A DNA stretch of 64,000 bases from an uncultured Treponema sp. (GCA_937915735.1 CALGGS010000055.1:7881-71880); one strand, 5' to 3'. Shown: positions 47,736 to 57,916, numbered from the stretch's first letter. The notes: generated by a model not told the origin, from the sequence alone. Made by a program: numbers and translations.

Positions 47736-48830
47736 TTATATCTCCATGTTCATCGCATGACGAACTTCTAGCAGGGTTTTTCCGGCAATCTCCCTGGCCT
47801 TTTCGACGCCCTCGTTAAGGACTTTTTTGATAAGCTCAGGCTGCTTTTCAAGCTCGGCTCTTTTTGCGCGCAATGGACGAAGGTGCTCGTTTAAGGCTTC
47901 GGTAAGCTCGCTCTTTAACATTCCGCCGCCGCCGTCACCGATTCTCTCGGCTATTTTTTCAGGCTCCTCGCCGCTGCAAAGGGAAATTATTCTGAGAAGA
48001 TTTGCAACCTCCGGCCTGTGGATAGGGTCGTAAGTGATGTGCCTGTCCTGGTCGGTCTTTGCCTTTTTGATTGCCTTGGCGGTCTCATCTTCGGTGGCAG
48101 AGAGCATAATCGTGTTTCCCAGGGATTTTGACATTTTTGCGCTTCCGTCCAAGCCCATAATCATCGGCGTTTTTGAAAGAAGGGCGTGAGGCTCCGGGAA
48201 AATTGGCTCTGAGTTTTTACAGAATTTGTTGTTAAAGCTGCGGGCAATTTTTCGGGCAATCTCAAGGTGAGGAAGCTGGTCTTTTCCTACCGGAACAACA
48301 TTTCCCTTGCAGAAAAGAATATCCACCGCCTGATGAACAGGATATGTGTACATTCCTGCGTTTAAAGGAATTGAGGATTTTGCCATTTCGTCCTTTACGG
48401 TCGGGTTTCTGTCCAAATCTGAGCGGGTCACTAAAGTCAGGAAAGGAACCATAAGCTGATTCGCCTCAGGAACATGGCTGTGAGGATAAATCGCTACATT
48501 TTCGCCCGGCTCGATTCCAGCGGCAAGATAGTCAATCACAAGCTCTTTCGTGTTCTGGCTGATTTTGTCGAATGCGTCGTGGTCAGTCAAAACCTGATAG
48601 TCGGCAATCAAAATCATAGTAGGAACGCCCAGCTTTGAAAGCCTGACACGGTTTTTTAAAGAGCCAAAATAGTGCCCGATATGAAGGCGGCCTGTGGGGC
48701 GGTCTCCTGTCAAAACACGGTATTTTTTAGGATTTACGAGAATATCAGCTTCGATTTTCTCGCTCATACGCATAGCTTCTGCTAAGATTTTATCTGCATT
48801 TGTTTCTAATTCTTCATTTTTTTCTGACAT
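47736..48830 (-). CDS. trpS: Tryptophan-tRNA ligase
   Basis: TGDRPTGRLHIGH, VPVGKDQ and KMSKS motifs. Likely ATG 48830. Confidence 0.95.
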   Translation of the reverse strand: MSEKNEELETNADKILAEAMRMSEKIEADILVNPKKYRVLTGDRPTGRLHIGHYFGSLKNRVRLSKLGVPTMILIADYQVLTDHDAFDKISQNTKELVIDYLAAGIEPGENVAIYPHSHVPEANQLMVPFLTLVTRSDLDRNPTVKDEMAKSSIPLNAGMYTYPVHQAVDILFCKGNVVPVGKDQLPHLEIARKIARSFNNKFCKNSEPIFPEPHALLSKTPMIMGLDGSAKMSKSLGNTIMLSATEDETAKAIKKAKTDQDRHITYDPIHRPEVANLLRIISLCSGEEPEKIAERIGDGGGGMLKSELTEALNEHLRPLRAKRAELEKQPELIKKVLNEGVEKAREIAGKTLLEVRHAMNMEI

Positions 48831-48858
48831 AGCTTGATTATACAAAAAATGAAATCTT

Positions 48859-49188
48859 TTATCCACAAATTCCAATAAGATATTCACTTACGAAGGCAAT
48901 TACGCAGCAGACGATTGCCACGGGAAAAAGAGATGCCCCAAAAAATGCGAGTATAACGCCACCGATAAGGGCTAAAAATCCTGCGACTGGAGATGAAGTG
49001 GCTTCGACAATCGCGGGAAAAGTCATTACGGATAGAGTGACATAAGGCACATAATATAAGAATGAGCGTATAAACTGATTTTTTATAGGCTTACGAATGA
49101 GCGTAAGCGGCAGGACTCGAATCAGATATGAGACAAAAAACGAGACAAAAATGTAAATATAAATATTTCCTTTCATATTTTTTTCCAA
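48859..49188 (-). CDS. azlD: AzlD-family branched-chain amino acid exporter small subunit
   Basis: YLIRVLPL...FLYYVPY; lies downstream of azlC. Confidence 0.85.
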   Translation of the reverse strand: MEKNMKGNIYIYIFVSFFVSYLIRVLPLTLIRKPIKNQFIRSFLYYVPYVTLSVMTFPAIVEATSSPVAGFLALIGGVILAFFGASLFPVAIVCCVIAFVSEYLIGICG

Positions 49189-49218
49189 AAAGATTTTTAT
49201 AAGGGATTCTTATTCTAT

Positions 49219-49959
49219 TTAATCAGCTGAATCAGGGTTTTCTTCATTTACCGGCTTAAAATATGCCAGTGCGGCCGAAATTACAACTGTCAGTATTATC
49301 GTTCGGTTTCCGCTTGAAAGTTCTTTTATGTAGGGAAGAATGGAAAATCCCCAGCTTAAGGCGAAACTCACTAGAACGGCAAGAGCGATTGTCATATTTT
49401 TTTTTGCGCTTGGAATTATGATTGCGATGAACATTCCGTAAAGAGCGACGGAAAGAGATGACACAACCATTTCTGGAAGCAAATTTCCTGCGATGATTCC
49501 GAGAGATGTTCCGATTGACCAAAGAGGGACCGCAATTAACATCGCTCCGTAATTGTAAAAAGGATTTAAGCTGCCCTTTTGAGCGATTGAGACACCAAAA
49601 ATTTCGTCAGTGATTCCGAATGCGACGAAAAACCTGTGAAAAAAAGGCGTATCTTCAGAAAAACGCTGGCTTAAGGCACAGCTCATCAAAAGGTAGCGGG
49701 CGTTCACGACAAAAGTAATGACTGCGACTTCGATATATGTGACAGACTGCTCAATCGAAGTAAAAAGAGCGTACTCACCGGCTGAGGCAAGATTCAGAAA
49801 ACTTGCGATAAAGCCTTGTAATGGGGTTAAGCTTGCCTTTCTTGCGACAATTCCGAGTGAGAAAGCAACCGCAAAATAGCCAAGTCCTATCGGAAGACCT
49901 GCGGCAATGCCATTAAAAAAAACTGATTTATTTTTCATGATTTTAGATTCGGAAAACAT
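49219..49959 (-). CDS. azlC: AzlC-family exporter
   Basis: PIGLGY, ASAGEY, VNARYLLMS and ITDEIFG motifs. Confidence 0.9.
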   Translation of the reverse strand: MFSESKIMKNKSVFFNGIAAGLPIGLGYFAVAFSLGIVARKASLTPLQGFIASFLNLASAGEYALFTSIEQSVTYIEVAVITFVVNARYLLMSCALSQRFSEDTPFFHRFFVAFGITDEIFGVSIAQKGSLNPFYNYGAMLIAVPLWSIGTSLGIIAGNLLPEMVVSSLSVALYGMFIAIIIPSAKKNMTIALAVLVSFALSWGFSILPYIKELSSGNRTIILTVVISAALAYFKPVNEENPDSAD

Positions 49960-49989
49960 TATAGAAGAAAAAGAAAAAAAGGTCAGCAG

Positions 49990-50029
49990 AAAAAAGAGAG
50001 GCGATGGCGCTTCGTAAGCTCATCGCCCC
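49990..50029 (-). terminator. Intrinsic terminator of uxuAB
   Basis: The minus strand reads GGCGATG...CATCGCC-TCTC-TTTTTT. Confidence 0.65.
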
Positions 50030-50047
50030 ATTTTTAAAGAAAAATAT

Positions 50048-51658
50048 TTAAGACAAGTGCCGCCTTAGGGTTTCACGAACGGCAGAAGAGCCGGCAAGTT
50101 CTTCAACGAAAAGGCTTTCTATCTTTTTGCCAAGACCTGCTTTGTAAAGGTCAGAGCCAAAGATATTCGCATTTGAGAGCAGGGGCTTTAACTGCCCTTT
50201 GTAAGATTCTTTTTTGTTCCATTCGATGTCCGAAAGAAGAGCCTTCAGCTCGTCAAGCATCGGGTCTGGAGAAAGCTCAAAAGTTTTTCCCTTGTCGTCA
50301 ACACCAAGAAGATAACGGCACCAGCCTGCGATTGCCAGGGGAATTGCATCAAGCTTTGAAGCTTCCCCGTATTTTTCGACATAGGACTTTATTGTCTGTC
50401 CAAAACGAATTCCGACCTTTTGAGAAGTGTCACAGGCAATTCTCTGGGGGGTGTCCGGCAGGAAAGGATTCGGCAATCTGACAGAAAGAACCTCGTTCAG
50501 GAAATCTTTTGGTGAGATAATTTTCGGGTCTGTTACGACAGGAAGTCCTTCCTTAAGGCCGATTCTCTTAACAAGCTCGCAAAGCTCGCTGTCTTTCATT
50601 TCATCGGCAATCAAATTATAGCCAAGGAGACAACCATAAACTGCAAGAGCTGTGTGAAGAGGATTCAGGCAGGTGGTGACCTTCATTCGCTCCACATTGT
50701 TCACTGTGTCCCTGTCAGTCATATAAACGCCGGCTTTTTCAAGGGAAGGACGGCCGTTCGGAAAGTTATCCTCGACTACAAGATACTGAGGTCCCTCTGC
50801 GTTTACGAAGGGGGCTATATAAGTCTTTTTCTCAGTTACGAAAGGCTTCATTTTTTCAATTCCGAGAGACTCAAGCTCATTTCCAATTTCCATGCTCGGA
50901 CGGGGCGTGATTTTGTCTATCATCGTCCAGGGGAATGAAACACGCTTTTCGTCGAGAATGTAATCCACAAATTCTTTAGTAACAAAGCCTTTTTTAAGCC
51001 ATTCACTCGCCATAGTGACGACGGAATTCTTTAGTTTTTCTCCGTTGTGAGAGCAGTTATCCATACTGACGACAGCAATTGGGAACATTCCATTTTTAAA
51101 TCGGGTCAAAAGAAGGCTTGTTATCTGTGCCATGACAGATGTTGCCCTGTCAGGTCCTTTTTCTATATCAGAATTGATATATGGGAAAAAATCTCCTGAA
51201 GAATTTTTTAAGGCATAGCCCTTTTCTGTAATAGTGAAGCTCACAAGCTGTAAAGATTTTGAAGAGAAAATTTCTTTCATTCGGTTCCAGTCCTTTTCCC
51301 GAACAGGAGAAGAGCGGATTGCCTCTGCTAATGAAGCGATAACTCTTTTGTCAACATTTCCGTCAGGCTTTAAAGTGACACCAAGAACAAGATTTTCGTA
51401 AGGCTCGTAAATCTCGTCAATCATGTCAAAGCTGAAGCCTTCGGCACAAGTAATTCCTGTCTTTGAAAAACCTTTTTCAATCAGACTGTCAGCGATTCCG
51501 CCAATAAAAATCCTGAAGATGTTTCCCGCTCCGAAATGAACCCAGGCAGGATTTTTTTTCGTTTCAGAGCGTATTTCTTCTATATTGTAAGTCGGCAGGC
51601 TTACCCCGGCTTTTTTCCAAGACTCCTTGTCTTTTAAGCCCTCAATCGTAAGTTTCAT
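50048..51658 (-). CDS. uxuB: Mannitol dehydrogenase family D-mannonate oxidoreductase
   Basis: HFGAGNIFR, TITEKGY, SMDN and MIDKITP motifs; coupled to uxuA. Confidence 0.82.
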   Translation of the reverse strand: MKLTIEGLKDKESWKKAGVSLPTYNIEEIRSETKKNPAWVHFGAGNIFRIFIGGIADSLIEKGFSKTGITCAEGFSFDMIDEIYEPYENLVLGVTLKPDGNVDKRVIASLAEAIRSSPVREKDWNRMKEIFSSKSLQLVSFTITEKGYALKNSSGDFFPYINSDIEKGPDRATSVMAQITSLLLTRFKNGMFPIAVVSMDNCSHNGEKLKNSVVTMASEWLKKGFVTKEFVDYILDEKRVSFPWTMIDKITPRPSMEIGNELESLGIEKMKPFVTEKKTYIAPFVNAEGPQYLVVEDNFPNGRPSLEKAGVYMTDRDTVNNVERMKVTTCLNPLHTALAVYGCLLGYNLIADEMKDSELCELVKRIGLKEGLPVVTDPKIISPKDFLNEVLSVRLPNPFLPDTPQRIACDTSQKVGIRFGQTIKSYVEKYGEASKLDAIPLAIAGWCRYLLGVDDKGKTFELSPDPMLDELKALLSDIEWNKKESYKGQLKPLLSNANIFGSDLYKAGLGKKIESLFVEELAGSSAVRETLRRHLS

Positions 51659-51661
51659 AAT

Positions 51662-52738
51662 CTAACCTCGTTTTGCATTTTTTTCGACAGATTCCCACAA
51701 GCCACAGATGTAAGCGGCTCCCAACGCACGGTCATACAATCCGTATCCGGGCATTGCCTTTTCATCCCAAATCATTCGGCCGTGATCCGGGCGGATTGGA
51801 CCTGTAAAGCCAATATCATAAAGGGCTTTTACGATTTCATACATATCAAAAGAACCGTCGCTTGAAAGGTGAGCCGCTTCCTCAAAATCATTCCGTCCAT
51901 CGTTGAACTGCAAGTTTCTGACATGAGCGAAATGGATTCTTCCCTTGAGTGCCCTAATCATTGCAGGAAGGTCGTTGTCAGGGTTAGTTCCATAGCTTCC
52001 TGCGCAGAAAGTAATTCCGTTATGCTTGTTGTCTGTCGCTTTAAGCATACGCTGAATGTTCGGAAGGCTGTTTATGATTCTGGGAAGACCGAAAACGCTC
52101 CAAGCGGGGTCATCCGGATGGATAGCCATATTGATGTCGTACTTGTCGCAGACAGGCATAATCGCATCAAGGAAATACTTCAGGCGGTCAAAAAGATCGT
52201 CTGCTGTCGTTCCCTCATATAATTTGAAAAGCTCCTTGATTTTTGCCATTCGCTCAGGCTCCCAGCCAGGCATTACGCTTCCGTTCATATCAGAAGCGAT
52301 AGTGTCAAACATCTTCGTTGGGTCGATTGAGTCAACCGTCTTCTGGTTGTAGGCAAGAACAGTTGAGCCATCAGGACGGATTCTGGCAAGCTCCGTTCTT
52401 GTCCAGTCGAATACAGGCATAAAGTTGTAGCAGACCATGTGAATATCGTTCTTGCCAAGATTTTCAAGGCTCTTGATGTATGAGTCGATGTCCTTGTCCC
52501 TGTCAGGAGACGCGGTTTTTATGGCATCGCTTACATTCACGCTCTCAATGCCGTCCAATGTAAGACCTGCGCTCTCAACCTCATCCTTAAGAGCCTTAAT
52601 CTCTCCCTCTTCCCAGACTTCGCCAGGCATTTTGTTATATAAAGTCGAGATTACGCCCTTAACATAGGCTGTCTGCCGGATTTGCTTTAAGGTTACGGTG
52701 TCATATTTTGAGCCGTACCATCTCATCGTCATTCTCAT
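51662..52738 (-). CDS. uxuA: Mannonate dehydratase
   Basis: CYNFMPVFDWTRT, HPDDP and RPDHG motifs. RBS AGGAG precedes ATG 52738. Confidence 0.96.
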   Translation of the reverse strand: MRMTMRWYGSKYDTVTLKQIRQTAYVKGVISTLYNKMPGEVWEEGEIKALKDEVESAGLTLDGIESVNVSDAIKTASPDRDKDIDSYIKSLENLGKNDIHMVCYNFMPVFDWTRTELARIRPDGSTVLAYNQKTVDSIDPTKMFDTIASDMNGSVMPGWEPERMAKIKELFKLYEGTTADDLFDRLKYFLDAIMPVCDKYDINMAIHPDDPAWSVFGLPRIINSLPNIQRMLKATDNKHNGITFCAGSYGTNPDNDLPAMIRALKGRIHFAHVRNLQFNDGRNDFEEAAHLSSDGSFDMYEIVKALYDIGFTGPIRPDHGRMIWDEKAMPGYGLYDRALGAAYICGLWESVEKNAKRG

Positions 52739-52753
52739 AGAAAAACTCCTCAT

Positions 52754-52771
52754 TAACATACTAGTATGTTA
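52754..52771. promoter_or_regulatory. Probable GntR/FadR operator
   Basis: Perfect 18-bp palindrome TAACATACTAGTATGTTA between uxuA and the divergent GntR gene. Confidence 0.8.
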
Positions 52772-52893
52772 GTATATCAAAGATGAGTTGTCAAGAAAAA
52801 GTTTTGATTTTTTGGGAACTTCTATCTAGCAAGTTTTTTTTATTGACATTTATAAAATCTGAATGTAAAGTTTCGTAAAAAACAGGAAAATAA

Positions 52894-53610
52894 ATGGAAA
52901 AGTCAGATTCAAGCGCGCAGTCAGCCGTATATAATGCACTCAGAAACAGTATTCTGTTCTTAAAATTAAAGCCCGGAACCCTGATAAGCGCGAAGGAAAT
53001 AGCAGAAAAGCTTGATGTCAGCCGCACTCCAGTCAGGGAGGCCTTTATCAGATTGCAGAGAGACGGCTTGCTTGATGTTTACCCCCAAAAGGGAACTGTC
53101 GTCTCAAAAATAGATTTTGACAAAATCGAGCAGGAGCGGTTCGTGCGTGAGAGCCTTGAATGTGCTAATGTCGAAAAGCTTATAGATAAATGCACTCGTT
53201 CAGATTTTCTAGCCCTGGAGCAGAATATCGAAGACCAGAGGGCGACTCTAAAAAATTGTGATTACAACGCGCTGCTAAAGCTCGACAATGATTTTCACAA
53301 GTATATGTTCAATGTTACCGGCCAGTCTTTAAGCTGGCAGCTAATCGAGAGCAACAGCAACCATTATTCAAGAATCCGGCTTATCTCAACCTGGAACAAT
53401 GACACGATGCTGGAAAACATCCTTCAGCATCAAAAGATTCTTTCTGCTATTCAGGAGGGAAAGGCTGAATATGCAAAAAATGTCATATCATCTCACCTTC
53501 ACAGGCTGGAAATCCAAAAGCCTCAGCTGATGAAGGACTACCCTGATTATTTTGAGTGCCCGAAAGAATTCAGCGAAAAAAAATTCGATGAGCTTTTGGG
53601 TGATTTATAA
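52894..53610 (+). CDS. GntR-family (FCD) regulator of hexuronate catabolism
   Basis: VSRTPVREA HTH, DNDFH (FCD); divergent from uxuAB. Confidence 0.92.
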   Translation: MEKSDSSAQSAVYNALRNSILFLKLKPGTLISAKEIAEKLDVSRTPVREAFIRLQRDGLLDVYPQKGTVVSKIDFDKIEQERFVRESLECANVEKLIDKCTRSDFLALEQNIEDQRATLKNCDYNALLKLDNDFHKYMFNVTGQSLSWQLIESNSNHYSRIRLISTWNNDTMLENILQHQKILSAIQEGKAEYAKNVISSHLHRLEIQKPQLMKDYPDYFECPKEFSEKKFDELLGDL

Positions 53611-53654
53611 TTACGAAAAAGCCTGGCGAATTCCGGTTACTTTTCTTCAAGACA

Positions 53655-53682
53655 AAAAAAATCTCCCGACATAGGGAGATTT
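53655..53682 (-). terminator. Terminator after the tRNA pair
   Basis: AAAAAAATCTCCC-GACATA-GGGAGATTT. Confidence 0.75.
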
Positions 53683-53689
53683 ACAATAT

Positions 53690-53762
53690 TAGCCACAACG
53701 GGAGTCGAACCCGTCTCTCCGCCTTGAGAGGGCGGCGAACTAAACCGATATTCGATGCGGCC
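53690..53762 (-). tRNA. tRNA-Glu(CTC)
   Basis: GGCCGCA...CCGCC-CTCTCAA-GGCGG...GGTTCGACTCC...TGTGGCTA. Confidence 0.95.
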
Positions 53763-53794
53763 ATTAAAAAAAGCTGACTTTCAGTCAGCCCTAG

Positions 53795-53865
53795 TTCCCC
53801 AAGGAGGATTCGAACCCCCACAATCAGAACCAGAATCTGAGGTGCTACCATTACACAATCGGGGA
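53795..53865 (-). tRNA. tRNA-Gln(CTG)
   Basis: TCCCCGA...TCAGA-TTCTGGT-TCTGA...GGTTCGAATCC...TTGGGGAA. Confidence 0.95.
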
Positions 53866-53881
53866 ATGCAATGTGAGAATA

Positions 53882-53910
53882 AATATATAGTAATCGGAAA
53901 AAAGTGTCAA
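53882..53910 (-). promoter_or_regulatory. Sigma70 promoter of the tRNA-Gln/Glu pair
   Basis: TTGACA, 17-bp spacer, TATATT on the minus strand. Confidence 0.8.
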
Positions 53911-53983
53911 TAGTTTTGAATAGAAAAATTCAAAAAAAAATTTATTTTTTTTAGTTTTTTGAATGGAAAAAAATCAAACAGCC

Positions 53984-54634
53984 CTAATCCTTTAATTTTT
54001 GCTCTGGCAGCATGCATATTACGGTGTTTCCAGGGGTAACAAAACAGGCCCTTTTTTTGTCGGCTACTCTGTAGTCCTTTAAAATGGCGGCATTTGTTTT
54101 CCATGTACTTTTTGCCTTACCCATAAAAAGAAGCTCATCTGAGTCATCATAAACGGCGATATTTTCGCTGGCATTTGTAAGGAATTCCTTGAAGTTTTCT
54201 GTCGTCGAAGTCAAAAGCTTTTCGTTGTAGTTCACTAAAAAAATGATTTCATCTTCTTCGCCATCGGCGGTAGAATATTTTACTTTGTATGAGCCTTTTG
54301 GAATATTCTCACCTTCTGGAGCCGAAAGATTCAGGGAAAAAGCATATTTTTTATTCATTCCTGTAAAAATTCCAGGATTCGAGATATTCCAGATATAGCC
54401 GGTCTCTTCGTTTGTCACCGTAATGCTTTCGGTTCTCTGAACTTCATTCGTTACCTGCAAAAATACGGCGAGCCTAGCTGAAGGCGCGGAATCATTATCC
54501 TTAAAATCAAAAATCACTGTGCTTGAAGCGGAAACGACATCAGTCTCGCTGTCTGCGCAGGAAAAAAACGGGAGAGAAATAAGAATGAGAAAGATGCCGA
54601 AATAAATTCGGCATGACATTTTATGCAATCGCAT
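53984..54634 (-). CDS. Hypothetical lipoprotein
   Basis: Lipobox FFS-C. Confidence 0.75.
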   Translation of the reverse strand: MRLHKMSCRIYFGIFLILISLPFFSCADSETDVVSASSTVIFDFKDNDSAPSARLAVFLQVTNEVQRTESITVTNEETGYIWNISNPGIFTGMNKKYAFSLNLSAPEGENIPKGSYKVKYSTADGEEDEIIFLVNYNEKLLTSTTENFKEFLTNASENIAVYDDSDELLFMGKAKSTWKTNAAILKDYRVADKKRACFVTPGNTVICMLPEQKLKD

Positions 54635-54635
54635 T

Positions 54636-55802
54636 TTAGAAGTTGAAAATCAAGTTGATGACGGTTAAATCTTGGGATGCAAACTGATTTACGATTGACT
54701 CGAACTTTACATTGAGTTTTTTACAGGCATCGTCAAGATAAGAAAGATAATAAAGACCTAAATCAGTGCCCCCCTGACCGTCAGGAATTTCGCGATAAAA
54801 GTCGATGAGAGAGCGTTTATTTGTGTCCGCCGCCATTTTGTTTTCGATATTTTCCTTTGCCTCGCCAGTCTCGTCGCTTTTGTTTAAAACCATAATCTGC
54901 AACCGGCCTTGCTTACCGATAGCAGTCGAACCGCCACCCAGCTTCCATGAAAGAGAAACAAGCTCATGCTTTCGTTTGAGCTCGGCAATGATTTTTGAGC
55001 GGACTTCAGGATCAAAAAGCAGGGCATCCAAATCATCTACCCCGTTGTAAAGGATTTTTGCGGTTTTTTTGAGGTTCTGCGTTTCGGCATTTACGGCAAG
55101 CTCCATAAGAAGGATTGAGATATATTCTGCGACACGGGATTTTTCCATATAGATTTGCAGAAGATGCCGGATTGCAATGTTAATCTGTGCAAAATCCTCT
55201 TTATTTTTGAAGAATTTGATGATGATGTACCAATTCATAAGAGAGAGCCGGTTCAGGAATTTTTCGGTCATAAGGAGATAGACATTCCTCTCTTCGAGGG
55301 AATAGTCCTTGTTTTCCATAATTGACTTCCAGACAGGATCCAAAATTTCTTTTTTCGCCTGACGGACGACAGCTTCTTTTTTTGAAATTATAAGACGAAG
55401 CTGCTTGTCGTCGATTTTTGTGCGCTCGTCAATAAGCTCGCTTGGATTTGCCCTGTTGTGCTTACGAACGCAGTCGCATTTGATTAAATCTGCGAAAAGA
55501 TTTCGGTCAAACTGCTTGTAAAGTATTGAATAGACAACGACTTTTGCCAGATCCATAACTTCCTGACGGACTGAAACGAATTCTGACATTGATATTTCGA
55601 TTTTTGAGATGTAGTCAACCATAATCATATTCTGGATTGACTGGGGTGAAAAGGGATTTAAGGAGATGCCGTACTCTTCTACATTGTCCGCAAGGCGAAT
55701 TCGGAGAAGTTTTTTGTTATTGCTGATAAAATGGGATGTTCCCTCCTCCGTAAGAATGACTTTGAGTGGCAAATTAAGCGTGAACTTTTTTTCTGCTGGC
55801 AT
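54636..55802 (-). CDS. Hypothetical protein with possible C-terminal GHKL/HATPase-like fold
   Basis: MELAVNAE (N-box-like) and GGTDLGLYYL (G-box-like); RBS AGGAG. Confidence 0.65.
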   Translation of the reverse strand: MPAEKKFTLNLPLKVILTEEGTSHFISNNKKLLRIRLADNVEEYGISLNPFSPQSIQNMIMVDYISKIEISMSEFVSVRQEVMDLAKVVVYSILYKQFDRNLFADLIKCDCVRKHNRANPSELIDERTKIDDKQLRLIISKKEAVVRQAKKEILDPVWKSIMENKDYSLEERNVYLLMTEKFLNRLSLMNWYIIIKFFKNKEDFAQINIAIRHLLQIYMEKSRVAEYISILLMELAVNAETQNLKKTAKILYNGVDDLDALLFDPEVRSKIIAELKRKHELVSLSWKLGGGSTAIGKQGRLQIMVLNKSDETGEAKENIENKMAADTNKRSLIDFYREIPDGQGGTDLGLYYLSYLDDACKKLNVKFESIVNQFASQDLTVINLIFNF

Positions 55803-55909
55803 ATTTTCTCCTGATTACTTTATTATAACTTAAATATCCCGAATTGTAAACAAACAAAAAATTTCTTATAATTATATAAAAAAATAAGCGCAATGTGCCC
55901 ATATTAAAA

Positions 55910-57916
55910 ATGAAAAAATTAATTTTCCTTTTTCTTTTATTATCGGTAAGTTTCTCATTATTTCCGAAAGAAAATGCTCCTGAAAATAAGCTTTTTGGCG
56001 CTTTTCTTTCTTCGTATGTGAAAAAAAATCTTTCAGAGAATGGATTTACTGCGCTTGAACAGAGGCTTTCAGAGACGGGTCAGGACGAGTTCGCTTACAA
56101 TCTGATTTTGGAATTTGAAGGGAACAGGGATTCAGCACCTGCGGCACAGAGGGACAATCTAAGGACTAATGTGATATTTTGTTTTACGCAGGAGGACTTT
56201 TTCGAGAACAGGGATATTGCCCTTGATTTCTTGAGCTTTTTAAAAAATCTTCAGAAAAATTATGATGTCACGGTTCTCTTTTCTGCACTTGATGTGCACG
56301 AGCTGGATTCTTCGGCCACTGCCCTTCCTGAGAATGACAAAGCAATAAACGGAACGGAAATTTTTGCCTCTTCTGTTGATGATGCAGATTCTTCACTTGC
56401 AATCGCCCTGCGTTTTGATAAAAAAACAAAAAACGCTATTTACACGGGCAGCCTGAAAAAAACAACGCCACTTTATCTTACCGAGAGAATGACTGATGCT
56501 TTTTTTGAGACGAGGACTGATTTTTCTTTTGAGGACAAATTTTCCGCAATTTACAGGCTCGGAATCGTTAAGGGCGAGGAGCGGCTTTTTCATTTTTTTG
56601 AGAACGAGCTTCCCGCAATCGAGGTAAATTTTTCGGACTCAGGCAAAGCTCTTCCAGTTCTTAAAAAATTTTCCGAAAATTACACGCCACTGGGAACGGA
56701 AGAGTGGGACATGCACTACATTTATCTTAGCCGGGCGAACATTTTTAAGGCATTTTTTATCAGCGAAAGGACAATAATTATCTCCTGCCTTTCTGTCGGA
56801 ATACTGACGATTCTGATTCTCTGTCTTTTTTCTTTTACGGGGAAAAACGGCGAAAGGCAAAAATACGAGTTCATAAAGTCTAGTTATATGATTCCGTTTA
56901 CAATCGGCCTTTCCTTTCTTTCACTTTTACTCGGCCAGAAGCTTGTCTCCTTGCTTTCAAGCTTCATTAATTTGAATCCTGTCTTTCTGTTCGGGGCAAA
57001 AATCGTCCTGTCGATGATTTTTATCTCGATTCTGTTCGCTTTTCAAGAGATACTTAAATTTTCGGTCACGGCCTTTGTCTACGGCTATATTCTTTCTGTC
57101 GTCTCGATTTTTAATATTTTTTTGTTCTCGACCAGGGACATTACGCTTTTCGTAATTTTTTTGATTGAATATATTGTCATTTATGCCTCTCGTTCCGTAA
57201 AAAAACTTACGGTTCTTATAATTTTTTTTGTTCTGATGGCTCTTCCCTTTTTGCCTTACGCATACATAATCATAAAAAGCGCGGAGGATATAGACCTTAT
57301 CAGGACTATCATTGCCCCTCCCGCCGGAAACCTGCTTCTTGCATTCGGAATTTTTCCCTTTCAGATTATGTGGCTCAAAATACTTATGTTTATGAACATT
57401 TACGCCGGAGGAAAAGGCTACTCGATGAAGCGCATTATTTTTAACGATATCGTTTCTACCGCAGGAATCCTGCTCTTTTGCTTAACCTTGATTTTCTTAA
57501 TCTCACACTTTATTTACAGGCCGGAATACAGAAAATCCCTTAAGGCTGAAAGAAAAATCCTGAATGACGACAAATCGAGCCTTGAAGCTTACCTTACGAA
57601 GGACACCTTCTCTGGAATGACGACGAACCACATAAAGCTTTCTTCCAGCGAAAACGCAGTCAGGTACAAGGTAAATCTCTTCGGGATTGACAGCGAGCAC
57701 CCGATTTACGACTCAATTTATGATTATACAATTCTAAAAACAGAAGAGGGAAAAGATTATTACTCATTCACCCTCCCCGACTATCCGCCAAAAGAAATCA
57801 CAATTGACTGGGCTTGCGAAATGGGTACAAAAGCAAGAGTTGGGATAGAAGCGTTTTACAGGACGGAAAACGCGCGGGAGTTTAGAAGAGAAGAAAGGGA
57901 GCTTTTTGTTGAGTAA
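55910..57916 (+). CDS. Membrane protein: degenerate M28 peptidase-like periplasmic domain plus ~8 TM helices
   Basis: Signal peptide; NLILEFEG...VTVLFSA...FFENELPAIE pattern without clear zinc ligands; hydrophobic C-terminal half. Confidence 0.6.
   Translation: MKKLIFLFLLLSVSFSLFPKENAPENKLFGAFLSSYVKKNLSENGFTALEQRLSETGQDEFAYNLILEFEGNRDSAPAAQRDNLRTNVIFCFTQEDFFENRDIALDFLSFLKNLQKNYDVTVLFSALDVHELDSSATALPENDKAINGTEIFASSVDDADSSLAIALRFDKKTKNAIYTGSLKKTTPLYLTERMTDAFFETRTDFSFEDKFSAIYRLGIVKGEERLFHFFENELPAIEVNFSDSGKALPVLKKFSENYTPLGTEEWDMHYIYLSRANIFKAFFISERTIIISCLSVGILTILILCLFSFTGKNGERQKYEFIKSSYMIPFTIGLSFLSLLLGQKLVSLLSSFINLNPVFLFGAKIVLSMIFISILFAFQEILKFSVTAFVYGYILSVVSIFNIFLFSTRDITLFVIFLIEYIVIYASRSVKKLTVLIIFFVLMALPFLPYAYIIIKSAEDIDLIRTIIAPPAGNLLLAFGIFPFQIMWLKILMFMNIYAGGKGYSMKRIIFNDIVSTAGILLFCLTLIFLISHFIYRPEYRKSLKAERKILNDDKSSLEAYLTKDTFSGMTTNHIKLSSSENAVRYKVNLFGIDSEHPIYDSIYDYTILKTEEGKDYYSFTLPDYPPKEITIDWACEMGTKARVGIEAFYRTENAREFRREERELFVE

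Noticed and set aside
37401..53865. tRNA-anchored genomic island or prophage
   Set aside because: No integrase, no duplicated tRNA 3' end, and the intervening genes are housekeeping.
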